Positions 36,231 through 49,075 of a stretch of 64,000 nt of DNA are shown here, one piece after another. Within the stretch, counting starts at the first letter, position 1. The number at the start of each line of letters is the position of its first letter. The notes beneath the pieces were generated by a model. The model did no database searches. It was not told the origin of the DNA and worked only from the letters and a program-made list of their open reading frames with translations. Position numbers and translations under genes: made by a program. Source of the stretch: Anthoceros angustus (taxonomy: Eukaryota > Plantae > Anthocerotophyta); assembly GCA_010909165.1 (NCBI GenBank), contig MU008154.1:248001-312000 (forward strand). Reading direction: 5' to 3'.

Positions 36231-37074
36231 CTCCTACTTAGTGCCTAGTCCTTAGGTTCTATAATTTTTCTTAAGCTATATTGAATATGTGATAAGCTTC
36301 TTAGTCCCATGTTCGTCGCATGTTGTTGATGTTTAGCAGATGTGAGCTCCTTGGTAAGTACGTCAAACGCCATCGGCTGAGGACTTCGAACTTACCGCCT
36401 TTTACTACTTCTCTGATGAAGTGGAACTGAACTTCAATGTGCTTTGTTCTTGCGTGGAACTTCGGATTGTAAGTGAGTGCTATGGCACTTTGATTATCAC
36501 AATAAAGTGGTCTTGGTATGTCTTGTGTTTCTCCGAGTTCCGTTAGTTGTAGGAGCTGCCAGAGTCCGTCTTTGCAAGCATGTGTTAGCAAGCAGTCCTC
36601 TATTGAGCTGAGTGCGACCACCTGTTGTCTCTTGCTGCTCCAGCTTGTGGCTGTTCCTCCAAGTAGGTAGGCATAGCTGCTCGTGCTTTTCCTGTTGTCA
36701 GCATTTCCTGCCTAGTCGGCATCGCTATAACCTTCTAGTTATAGAGGTTGACCTTGTTTAATGTCGATTGATATAACAGCCCTATGTCGGAGGTGCCTCA
36801 CAAGTATCGGAATACCCACTTTGCCGCCTTCTAATGGGCTTGTGTCGGAGCCGCTAAGAATTGAGATAGTGCTCCCACTGAAAATGCAAGGTCAGGTCTT
36901 GTGCGTACCATAAGTTAAACTGCCAATGGCGGACGAGTATGGTAACTTGTTGTTGCTTGGAGTAGCTGCTTGATATTCTTTATCTTCATCCTTGCTGAGT
37001 TTCAGGTTAGACTCCATAGGTGTGGAGATAGGCTTACAATCTGGCATATTAAACTTAGCTAAGATTTCCTGAAT

Positions 37075-38475
37075 CATTCAGGGAATATGGTGATATTCGT
37101 GAAATGGCTGCCTACTTGGGGAAAAGAGAATACAAGCTGTTGGTCGTCGATTTACCAAGGGGCAATTTATCGGAGACATGGGATAAGGAGATGACATGTG
37201 AGGATTTGGAGAAGATAATGGATATTTTCATGACAATCACCGAATGCAAGACTTTCCGCGTGATATTCATGCATAGACCAGACGGATGATGTCCAAAATG
37301 TCTGCATGGTGAAAAGGGGGTTATACAATGGTCCGGGAGAAAGACAACTTGGTTTTGACGAGGAACTTTATGAGCTGCGGTATGATGGGGTATGGTGTTC
37401 ACCCAACTATTGAAGATATCGGAAGTGCAGCATTGTCCAATAGTGCGGCAATGAGCTTGGAGCAATGCCTGCGTTTATTCGACATAGCGCAGTCGTGAAG
37501 AAACTTTTGAATGTGTCCAACGATGGCCATGTTGTTTCTCCTTACCAAAAGCCAATAGGGTTGATGGTCCCGCTATACGACCTATTCACAGAAAGAGGGT
37601 TATAGATGGATGCTCGGGAAGTGGGAGTGGAATACTTGTGGCATTACTGGAAAGGGGGGAACTGTATTGCTGTTGACCAAGAACAGAGGAGCACCATATT
37701 CATCGAACAGCATATTACAGGCCATGAAGTGTTTCCTACAGACGAGGAAGAGTTGACCACCAAACCACACAAACGTGGACATCCGGTTTTGCCAAGGAGA
37801 TGGCGGCGGGAGATCGATTAAGCCAGGGCACGCGCTACACTTGGTCCAAGGAACATGCACACCCATCGACCTTCAAGACTTGAGTCAAACACAGGGGCCC
37901 CAGAAGAAGAAGGAGAAAGATGGCAAAAAAGGTCCGGAAAACCCTAAGAACCCAGACGGGAAAGAATTGCGAAGACCAGAAAGAAAGCGACCCTACTTGG
38001 GACAACCAACATCTGGAGACATTTGGCTTTGGCGAATCCCAAGGTGGGGAAACGCCATATCTTCCTCTTGCTATTTACGATCCGCAACGGCTGCAGGAGA
38101 ACGATGACATCGTCGTCCCGAGGCGGAAAGACAACATTCACCAAACTAGCTAAAAATATACACCATTGTCATGTGTTGGAGACTGTTTAGATGTAAGTGC
38201 GCGCACAAGTTTGTGCACAAATACCGTGTCCAGTCTGAAGGAAAAAGCTGATCGTGAATGAGACTATATGGTTTTCCCTCGTACTTCCGATGTACAATGT
38301 GACATATCGTGTATCGCAATAATAATTGAAATGTTTGCGGGTGACATGTCAGGGGAGAAATACCAAAAAGGCTGATTCCAGTGCGGATTACCGACGTGTG
38401 CAAAAAGGGGTCCGGAAACGTCCGTGTGCCAAAAGGGGTTTCAGGAGAAACCCCTTTCTAAACAGACGTTATATT
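37075..38475 (+). mobile_element. 1401-bp insertion in the Copia RT carrying a degenerate beta-class amino-DNA-methyltransferase ORF and a 3' hairpin
   Basis: Removing the insert plus one AAT restores HQSKYI-QEILAKF in RT. Methyltransferase motifs LLVVDLPRG...WD (37137-37166), YQKP (37543-37554), VIDGCSGSG (37599-37625), NCIAVD (37660-37677). Perfect 11-bp stem at 38432-38457. Confidence 0.8.
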
Positions 38476-41400
38476 AATGTACTTAGACTGATGGATGAAA
38501 ATACTTCTAATTTTCCTATGCCTTAAAACTTGAATGCCTAAACAAAATGAAAGTTCACGGCAAGTGGTCATAGAGAAACGTTTAGCGAGCATGAGTCTGG
38601 TGTCTTCTAGGATGTCCTTAGAGTTAGACATAAGAACTATATCATCTACGTAAACTGCTAGTACGATAAAATGATTGCTTACTCTCTTAATATATATGTT
38701 ACTATCTGGGCTGAGTCTTGTAAAACCTAGCTCTTCTAAGGTGTCATCCAGCTTGGAGTACCACTCTAGTGCACTTTGTTTGCGTCCGTATAGGGCCTTC
38801 AATAATAAGCAAGCATTATAAAGTTGTCTGTTGACTTTGGGTCCTTCCGGGATCTCCATGTAGATAGTATGTTGAAGGTCACCATATAAAAATGCAGTCT
38901 TAATATCTAGTTGCATAAGCTCATAATCATGATGAGCAGCTAGGGCCATTAGGATTCTAAGTGAGGTTATTTTTAATACTGGACTAAAGGTCTCGTCATA
39001 GTCGAAGCCATGTTTTTTTGAGTATCCCTTAGCCATTAGTCTAACTTTATATCTTTCTATAGTACCGTCTGCATTTAATTTTATCTTAAAGGTCCATTTA
39101 GAACCTACTAGTTTTCTATCCTTAGGTAGGGTAGCTAGTGTCCAAGTTTTATTAGCTTTTAAGGATTCTAGTTCTGACCTTATTGCTTGCTTCCTGTGTT
39201 CCTTTTGTGCGCAGGTGATAGCCTTCTGGTAGCTGGCAGGGACAAACTGATCTATTGATGCGTTAAGACAATAGGCTAAATTATTTTTAGGATCCCGCCA
39301 GTTAGTTGGAGAATATTTGTTTATTTTACCTGCGTTTGATCGCTGAGGACGTCTACCTCTGGTGTCGTTGATGTTATCTGGCTGTAACAAGTCCTCGTTG
39401 ATATCCTCGGGGTAGGCAATTGGAATATCCTCGGCAGCTTGCATATGTGTAGGTTGAAAACTCGAATTAGCATTATCATTATCATTAAATAAAGGTGCCT
39501 ACTTGCTTTAGGAGTGCCGGGCCGGGGATGAGATTGGTTTGAGTTGTGTGTCCGGAAACCGCCTGCCATATATGAGTCATGAAGCACATGATCTGCAAGT
39601 TGCGGATAGCCGCGAGTGCCGGTTTCTACATTTGCGCCGTGCTCCCACTGAAGTGTGTTGCCATGAGAGCGCGTTGGTGAGGATGTGCCGCGCGAGGCTG
39701 AGCCTTGCAGGTGGAAGTCTGATGTAGAGCCATGGTGAGCTTCGAGGATGGCGCCAGCGCGCTGAAGTGGGCTGTCCATGTGCACGCCATGTGATGGGGC
39801 GTGCCTGCCCGCGTTGGAGCTGTTGGGGCCGCCTGCTGATCCTTCTCCGAGATGCTAGCCGTGGAACGGATCTGCCTGGCTGATGGCTTGCTGGTTATGT
39901 GCACCTCGCCGTGTGTAGACCTGTCCTCCGTGCAGGCCTGCTGATCCGAGATGGTGGTGGAGGTCTTGCAGGCTGTCCTCATCCTGGAGCGCTCCGGTCC
40001 TGCGCATGCTATTCCCCCTCAAGCCGAGGGCGTTGGTTGGAGATGGAGCCCGAGGGTGGTGATGCAGGTGAGTCAAGGTCGTCTTCTTCGAAATCGCCGA
40101 AAACAATTGATGGAGTCGCTGCTAAGGCGAGTCTGGCGGAGGTGCAGTGTGGAGTGGGCTGGGCGGTGGGCGAGGTTGTGCCTGAGGGCATGGTGGAGGT
40201 TGCAGTCTTTGGAGGTGCAGAGAAATCAACAAAGCCCTCCTCATCATAGCTGTCTGGATTTAGTGGTGCTCCCACTGGTTGGGGCTGCATATCCTCCAGG
40301 AAGGTGACGTCGTGAGAGTAGGTCACTCTGTGTGTCTGAGGATGGATGGTCTTATAACCTTTCACCCCTTCCGTGAACCCAATGAAGATGTACTTTTGAG
40401 CTCTGTTGTCCAATTTCTTCCTAATAGCTTTTGGTACGTGTGCGTACACAGGAGCTCCAAATACTCGAAGGGAGGAAAGGTCTGGCTTGGTGCCGGTCCG
40501 AGCTTCATATGGTGTGCCTTGTGGGAGAGCTGAGGTCAGTGTCCTGTTGCTAATGTAGACGGCGTGTTGCATGGCGTCTGGCCAATAGGTCTTGGGCAGT
40601 TGAGCCTGGATGAACATTGAGAGTCCACAAGTCTGAATAGTGCGATTCATTCTCTCTGACATGCCATTTTGTTGGGAGGTGTGGGGGGTTGTAACCTGTC
40701 TGTTTATTCCCTTGTCTCTACAAAATTGGATAAAGGCTGCTGAGCCGTATTCACCAACTCCATCACTGCAGAGACATAGTAGAGAGTCTCCTGTTTGCTT
40801 CTCGGCCCACGTAGTGTACTCCTTAAAGTAGGTCAGTGCTTGAGATTTATGCTTCAGCAGGTAAATGACCGTGAATCGGCTAAAGTCGTCGATCAGCAGT
40901 ATGAAGTAGTTGAAGCCAAACATGGATCTATTAAAGAGGCCACACAAGTCAGAGTGAACTAGCTGGAGTCTCTTTGTGGCTCTGGTTGTAGATGTTTTGG
41001 GGAACGGAGCACGATGGCTCTTCCCAAGTGTACAGGTTTCGCAGTTGCCGAATTCTTCGACCTTGGTTAGTGAAATTCCATTAGCTGCTTGTGTCTTGAT
41101 CATTTCCTTCATTCGTCTCAAGTTCATATGCCGTAATCGGGCATGCCACAAATATGTCTGACTTTGTGTGTGTGTTGCTGCAGATAGGGAGGAGAGGTGG
41201 GTTACCCTGAGGTGATATAAGTCGTCATGCTTGAGGTCGCCAGTGGCAATCAGGTTGCCTTGAGGAGTCTCTATCACACAATGTCCATCACCAAAGCAAA
41301 CGTAGCAGCTTGCCTGATCCACTTTACGAACTGAGAACAAATTTTTGGTAAGGCCGGGTACTAGTAGGACTCACATATGATATTTGCAGGGTGGAGTCTG

Positions 41401-41615
41401 GTTGGACGTTTAAATCTACTGACCCATGGCCTGTGATGCTGTGCTTGGAGTCATCTCCTAAGCTGACGAAGTGTGGTGGTGCTGCAGGTATAATCTTTGT
41501 GAAATATTCTTTGTGCGGGGTCATGTGTTGAGAGGCCCCGGAATCTATGTACCAAGTGTGTGCCTCTTGGGCTGATACGCAGGACGCAACTAAGGCTGAG
41601 GGCTGATGTCTGAGT

Positions 41616-42290
41616 TAAGTAGTTGAAGCCAAACATGGATCTATTAAAGAGGCCACACAAGTCGAGTGAACTAGCCGAGTCTCTTTGTGGCTCGTTGTAG
41701 ATGTTTTGGGGAACGAGCACGATGGCTCTTCCCAAGTGTGGTTTCAGCTGTCAATTCTTCGACCTTGGTTAGTGAAATTCCATTAGCTTGTGTCTTGATC
41801 ATTTCCTTCATTCGTCTCAAGTTCATATGTGTCGGGCATGCCACAAATATGTCCGACTTTGTGTGTGTTGCTGCGAGATAGGGAGGAGAGGTGGGTTACC
41901 CTGAGGTGATATAAGTCGTCATGCTTGAGGTCGCCAGTGGCAATCAGGTTGCCTTGAGGAGTCTCTATCACACAATGTCCATCACCAAAGCAAACGAGTA
42001 CTGCGATCCACTTCTGAATCGAGAACAAATTTTTGGTAAGGCCGGTACTAGTAGGACTCACATATGATATTTGCGGTGGTGGAGTCTGGTTGGACGTTTA
42101 AATCTCGACCCATGGCTGTGATCGTGCTTGGAGTCATCTCCTGTCGACGAAGTGTGGTGCCGCAGTATAATCTTTGTGAAATATTCTTTGTGCGGGGTCA
42201 TGTGTTGAGAGGCCCTAATCTATGTACCAAGTGTGTGCCTCTTTGACAGCAGGATTTAACTAAGGTGAGGGCTAGTCTGCTTTCGTAGTT
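41616..42290. repeat. Deletion-riddled tandem copy of ~40905-41611 inside the Copia pol region, probable assembly artefact
   Basis: Colinear with the adjacent segment; differences are scattered 1-3 bp deletions. Confidence 0.8.
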
Positions 42291-43831
42291 TGTATGGGTT
42301 GTGAAAGCCTTGGAATGTCGTTGCATAGTTAGGGCTAGTTGGCCGGAGTGCTGGCCTCTGTTGTTGTTGGAGGATGCTAACCTCTTGTGACATTCTTCGT
42401 ATGTATAGCCGGGTATTTTGCAGAACCCGCAGATGGGCTTCCAGGAGGGGTTATATGTCCCTCTACCACGGTTGGGGTAACCACCCCGTCCTCTAGAGTT
42501 GCCTCTCATGTTTACTCTAAAGTTTCCCCTTCCTCGACCCCTGGCTCTTCCTTTGCCTATGTAGAAAGCACTGGACGATGTGTCTCCGGTGTGTGCAAAG
42601 ACGTTCCGGTGTCCTTCTTCGGTAAGCATAGCGCTAAGTACTTTGTCAATTGTTAGGGGCTGGATGCCTTGAAGGATTTGTACGACGCTGATCCATGATT
42701 CTGGTAGTGTTGATAGCAGAATCGCTGCAAGGAGCTCCTCGGGGATGTTGAACCCTAAAGCCTGGAATTTCACAGTCCAACTGCGAAAGACCATGGCATG
42801 GTGGTCTATGTGGTCACCTTCGGCCATACGTAGACTGAGGTAGCTCTTGATTGTATGGATGGTGTGCATAATGTCGCTAGCGTCGTAGATTTCATGAAGC
42901 TGGGTCCATGCTGTTGCTGCTGAGGCTGTCCCTTCGAGCTGCTGCACGTTGCCTTGCTTCATACTTTGCATAAGCACATTTTTGGCTTGTTGTTTCTTTT
43001 CTTCCCACTCATCTTTCTCTGCTTGTTGTCCTGTTGCAAGGAAAGCGATGGGGACTGGTGGGGTTCCTATCCCCGACGTAGCCCCATAGCTTGCGCTCTT
43101 TTAAGATGTTTGTGATGCAAAATTTCTAGATGGGGAAGCTGTGCTGCTGTCCGTCAAATTTGTCCTCTTTGGACAGGGAGAGATGGGAGCTCGACATTAT
43201 GGTATGTGTTATTAATCAACTGCTTAGAGGGAGAGGATTGTGCTCCTAAGGAGGCAAGCAGTTTGTATTTGGAGAGTGATCACTATTTTGTAGATTCTGC
43301 AAGTGTGAGAATTAGGCTCTATGTGTGATTCTAGGTCTTGTAGTTTTAGAATTATTGTGTTATGAAATTGTTCAATGTCTGATTGTGGGGGCAGGATGTA
43401 CAAGTTGTCTGCAAAGCCGGGAACGATTAGGAGGCTATGTTGCCTACATAGGTTTTGTGGGCCTGTGAGCAATGTTTCTCTGATCTGTGCTGGATTGATG
43501 GGTATGTGAGCATCAATTGTTGTGGTACACTGCCTAATCATTGTGGATGCTGTGTCTATTGGGTGAATAGGAAGGAGAAGTCTACGTATGCCCAGTCGTA
43601 TTCTGCTGGGTCATAGAATCCACATAATTCAAGTTCTTCTCCGATGATTAGGAGCGCAGAGCAGGCTTTGAGCCATGCGTACACCCACAGGTTTTCTTGT
43701 GCCTCCTTTAGGCATGCATTCTCACGGTTGCTTCTTTGTAATTCTAGCAGGTATGTTTGCCTAGCGGCGCGCCTTTGGAGACCCTCCTTGCGCCGTTGGC
43801 TAGGCATTGAAATGTGACTGCTCTGATACCA

Positions 43832-44048
43832 TGTAACGGTCCAGGATGGTTCAGGATCGAGACAGATGTAATTCAGATTAGACAAATTGGTGAGCAGGTG
43901 TGCTCAATACATTGGGGATGTGCCCAAGCGTTGTTGCGTGTGAGTAACCATCTCAATGTCGGTTCGCTAGAATGCCTATTCGATATCTGGCTTATTGTAT
44001 GTAAATACGAACCGTGCCCTAAGGGCTAGTGTGCTACATAACTTAACA
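43832..44048 (-). repeat. 5' LTR (217 bp)
   Basis: Abuts the PBS; ~96% identical to the 3' LTR. Confidence 0.96.
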
Positions 44049-45156
44049 GAGGAAGCCTACTGTGATGTTCTCGAGGTGGATTAGATGTTTTCGAGATTTT
44101 CCACGGTCCGCAAGCACAAGGAGGCGTTCATTTTACCCAACCTGACAGCCGTGCTGGAAAATGCTTCTACTCCTAACCCACAGATAATTGGTGCTTGAGG
44201 TCCCAAAGCAACAGGAAGGCACAGATCCGAGGACGACAAAAGGCATCTTCCTGCCTTGCAAGAGTGGCACAGACGCGAGACTAGGTACTGCAGGATCAAG
44301 TCAGCCTGGACTCGGTCACCCGGCTTTTCGTTCTCCTCTCCACCCGGTGGGTCCACATGTAGGTTGCAGGATGCAACTAGAATGCAAAATACACATTGGA
44401 GAACCTGAAGTTTCCTCTGGCCTGTCCTGCTGAAGGAGGACGATGTCCTGTCCTGACTCATTGTGCCGCACGTCAATCCATCAGATCTTCTTGTCGTGAA
44501 ATATGCATTTTTCTTGCAGCAATGAGTTGTGAAAGGTAGCGTGGAAGATAGTACGCAATATGCAGCCCTGAGTGGCAGTGTCGAATCTTGTTGAATTGGG
44601 TTACAGGGGAGTGCTGGGTCTCAAAAACAGCCTTCCAGCAGCCAGCTGTGATCCAAGTTGCGACATGGGCCCGCTCCCCTTCTCTTCCTTCTGCCCGGGC
44701 TCAGCCGCCTCGCGCCCTGCCTCCCTCACCGCCGCCTCATGCCACAGTGCCCGGGAAATTGTCGGATCATGACTCCTCCAACCTCGAAGCTCCCTCGCCC
44801 CCTCACCGTCGCCTCGTGCCACAGCGCCCGGGAAGGTTGTCAGATCACCATGAAGCATTCATGCCTTGGAGGCCGGGCTAGCCGTAGAGATCTACCTTAC
44901 GTCCGGCCACCTGGAAGATTCAGCAAGACTTGGCTTTCCCGCAAGCTGTCTGGAGGAGCTCAGAGCGTTCGCCGCTCTTTCCATTCACGGTAGAGTGGTG
45001 CCTCCTCCTCCTCGGCTGGGCCGATGAATGCTTATGCTTTGTTGCAATGTGATGAGTTGCTGAGCAATGTAGGAAGAGCTCAGCGGCGGAGAATTTTGTT
45101 GGGTTCGGAAGCATTGAACTTTCTCAACAGGTGCATGCAGGTAGCAGCGAGCCAGA

Positions 45157-48100
45157 ATGGCAGAGGCAGTGGCAACTGGACTGTTCCTTGCGGAGAGGTT
45201 GAACCGAGGGCAGGACCTGTCCGGGCAAGTGACGAGTCCAGGCCGGGCGCCACAGCCGCATTCCAAGCCGAATTACAGCTCTCCGAAGGAGGATCTCAAT
45301 GCCAGGACTTTCAATTTGCCTCAGCCCAAGTGCCCGACGATTTATGCTGTTGTGACAGAGCTCGCTCAGGTGGGCGATCCTCACGTGGGCGACGGGATTC
45401 AAGGGATTGACGTTGAGGGCGCCCATGAACAGCTCTGCTTCCCAGCCCTGTTGCCTCTGCGCGTTGAGAAACTGGCTCTTGATGTGGAGTGCCACATTAG
45501 TAATGCGTTTGTAACAGTGCGGGGGACATGGACGGTGAATTGCGTGAAGAGAGGGTTGCATTGCCAATGCCTTTTGGCCATTCCAATGCGCGATCAGGTA
45601 TGATGAGCTTACGTGCCTCGCGGGACTCCTGAAAGGGGAGCTGCCAGGCAGGACGTATTGCTCAGGCTTGTGTGTCTGCAGGGCACTGTAGCAGGTGTGG
45701 AGATTGAGATGGGAGGGGATCGGGTTTACACTACCCTGGTTGTACCCAAGGATGACGCATCTGGCTATGGAGCCAAAGGAAGCAAGACTGCCAAATTGGA
45801 TGACTACGGGTCATACAATCCTGAGCTGTTTCGTTTCACCATTCCACAAGTATTTGTCAAACCCATAGCTTCCTCAGTTTCGTGACCCGTGCATTCGTGG
45901 GGGCAATCAGCTGCGTTATACCTGCTCATCTGAGTCGCACGATAGCTGAAAGCTGCCTTGGACGTTGTTGTGATGATTGGCTGTGTATCCCTCAGGTGGA
46001 CGGTGGGTCACAGCTGGAGGTAAAAATCACATGGTTTCAAGCGATGACGTTCAAGGATGGTCTATATTATGTCACAGTGCCATTCAGAATTGAAGACCAG
46101 CTTTCTCTCTACCGGACCCCTATTCCCAGTGTGACAAGCGTGACCTGCTTAGTGAACTCGGGAACATCGGAAACGGTTGAAGTTGGTGGATTCAATCATC
46201 CAATGAAGGTGAGAGTCCAGTTGTTCTTTCTGTCTTCCGGTTCAATATTACAATGTGATGTGATTACAGGGGTAGAGTCCGTGAAGCACTCAGAAGTAAG
46301 CGGGTGCATTGTGAGACTTTTGATTCCAGTGCAAAGATCTGATTTCACTATTGCGTTCAGGAAACTTCCAGGGAGGCTGGAAGAGCGAGTTTTGCAATGG
46401 CTCAGGACACAGATGGCTCTGACAAGTGGATCACTAGGGATTTTGTTGCATCTTACAAGGTAGAGTTGATAACACAAGTGCTGTTCGTGTAGTTCCTTTT
46501 TCCTTATCTTCATGGCCGGCTCTGTTGCAATCAGGAATGTTTTACATAGATGACTCTGGTACAGGTATGGTCAGATGGAATATTGCCCAATCTCATCGTG
46601 CAGGATCCAACATCTGCCAATGACTATGAAAGGGGGACCTTCTGTCTTTCAATTGCCCCTCCAGACCCGACTCATGTGCAAGTTAGTAATTATTCTTTCT
46701 CTCCTGTGATTTTTTCTGCTGCATTTGACATGTATGGACATGTATCAAGGACTCCACTCTACCTCTGCATCCTGAGCTTGGATCTTTGACGTGTTATCCA
46801 GGCTTTTCGGCGGGGTGTAGTATTTCTGCTAGACAGAAGTGGCAGCATGACAGGCAAAGCCATGACTGATGCCCAGCAGGCTTTGTTGTTGGGCCTGTCG
46901 ATGTTGCAAAGTGAAGACACGTTCAACATTGTTGCTTTCGGCCATGACCTGCACCTGTTCTCGCTTACACTGGTGAAGGCTTCGGATGATGCCGTGGGCA
47001 GAGCAAAAGAGTGGGTAACAACCAATTGCGAAGCACGAGGGGGAACCAATATTATGAGACCATTGCAGCAGGTTTGTTGACCAAAGTTAATGTAATGCTG
47101 TTGCTGAATAATACTTGGCCGAGGGTTGAATGTGGTCTCATGGAACCTGTAGGCTATGGAAATGCTGCGAGGACTTGAAGAAGCAATTCCTTATATTTTC
47201 CTGATAACAGACGGAGCTGTAAAAGATGAAGCTAACATATGTCGTGCTATGCAAGCAGTTATTGGGCAAGGAGGTCCTGCAACTCCACGGATCTCAACAT
47301 TTGGCATTGGTTAGAACTTGCCTTGGCAATGCTCAACATGTCGCCTGATGATCGTACGTCATTGATCATAGTCCCTGGTGCAGAAGGCCACTAACCTGTC
47401 AAGCTTCACACAGGTCGTTATTGCAACTATTATTTCTTGAAGATGCTGGCAGCGATCGGGCGAGGGCTGAGTGATGTGGCTTTTACTTCAGGTAATTTGG
47501 AACGAGAAGAGCCACCTTGGCATTATTAGAATCTGTGTTTAGTTCTGGAAGACAAGACGTTTCCTCGATTCACAATTCAGCTTTCTTGCCCTGCAGACAA
47601 AATTCAGGACCAGATGCAAAGGATGCTAATCGCCGCTTCAACTCCTCTGCTTACAAACATCTCCCTTGCCATGGCTGATCTACCTCAAGGCTGTGAGGTG
47701 AGCTTCACCATTGGGTGCCTTGTTGCCAGTTGATTTACAGGTTCCATTTCCTGTTCGCATTCCGTCACGTGTCCTAACACCTTGCTTTGTTGTAAAGGTG
47801 TACCCATTCCCGATCCCCGATCTCTTTTCCGGAAACCCCTTGATCGTGTCAGGGAGATTTCAGGGCACATTCCCAGAGTCTATCAAGATAGTTGGTCTTC
47901 TGCCTGGAGGGGCTGTGTGGAAGGTTGCAGTTCCATCAAGAAAAGTCCCCCACATTCCTCTGAGCAAGGTCATGATCACGTCCATCCAGATCGTTTCAAG
48001 TGTCAGCTGCACCATTACCATTCAACTGCTCCCTACACTGAACTCTCCCTACCTCGTGACCAATCACAGGTTTTTGCGAAGCAACAGTTGGATCTGCTGA

Positions 48101-48715
48101 CAGCACGGGCCTGGTTCAACAACTATAAGCACATTGAACTGCTGGTGAGGAACCAAATCCTCGCTTGAAGTCTCCTGGATCCCTGTCTTTGGATACTGCA
48201 ACCAACAAGCACATCCTATGTTGCAGGCTGTCCAGTTGAGCATGGTGACAGGAATCCCGTGCGAGTACACAAGAGTGATTAGTCTTGAGACGACGAAGAA
48301 CAAGTTCCCTCAACTCCAGGAAGACAAGCGGAAGGTAATAATATCCGACACCCACGACGTGGACGCGAGCAGTAACTGTGAGCATCCCGGATTGATCTTG
48401 TGAAATTGTGATCCCTTGCAGGGAAGGAAGGTGGACGTGAAAAAGTATTCCAAGGCAGCAGCCATAACGGTGGTCGGAGGCTCGGCCGTCGGGTTCGGCA
48501 GCGTCGCTGCGACTTCAAGGAACCTTCCTATCGACGGAGCGCCCGAGGCTTCAATTGACGACCGCAGTTGCTGCTTTGGTGGCTGCTTTGGCGCCAACCC
48601 TGCGGCCTGTCACCCCCGGTGCCCAGGTGGCGACCCCTCCTTTTTGTTAAATTTATTTTGCGTTGTATGTTGGTCAGTTCTTCAGACTTGCATAGAATCC
48701 CGGTTGAATAAATAG
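45157..48715 (+). CDS. vWA-domain, inter-alpha-trypsin-inhibitor heavy-chain-related protein, copy 1 (13 exons; 45157-45597 first, 48422-48715 last)
   Basis: LDVECHISNAFVTV, MIDAS DRSGS, GGTN, LITDG, RISTFGIG, VYPFPIPDL, FAKQQLDLLTARAWF; GT-AG junctions resolve in frame. Confidence 0.88.
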
Positions 48716-48959
48716 GGATCGTAAATGTCCGGTTGCACACTTGGCCCTACTGACTTGCCCGTACCCCTCTTTATACGCTGGGTTGTAGGATTACTGGGCT
48801 GTAGGATTACGGCCTGTCATCTAGGAATAAAGAGTCATGATCAATGTGTTTACAATCTCTGTCGGATCTTTTTCACTCCACAAGGTATAATAAATTGTCA
48901 TATTTATTGGATAAGTCCAGTCCGCAGTACATGAATATCACCATATCACTCTCGAAATT

Positions 48960-49075
48960 CTTAAAATATGTGTTCAACTATATAAAAACTACAGGTATTA
49001 AACCATACGTATTCAACTATGCAAAAACTACATGTATTAAACTATACGTGTTCAACTATATGGAAAGTCATATAT
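48960..49075. repeat. ~39-bp tandem repeat (TTCAACTAT..AAAAACTACA.GTATTAAAC), ~2.5 units
   Basis: Direct reading. Confidence 0.75.

Larger units (their letters stand above)
36017..44048 (-). mobile_element. Full-length, inactivated Ty1/Copia LTR retrotransposon
   Basis: TG...CA LTRs; GAGGA TSD at 36012-36016 and 44049-44053; tRNA-iMet PBS (TGGTATCAGAGCA, 43831-43819); gag from 43197 (KFDG, zinc knuckle); protease WYIDSGAS; integrase 41340-40009; RT 39444-38476 and 37074 onward; RNase H 36621-36301. Confidence 0.97.

Noticed and set aside
41616-42290. Apparent second integrase/protease module in the Copia element
   Set aside because: Deletion-only differences from the adjacent segment are the signature of an unmerged noisy read; treated as a probable artefact.
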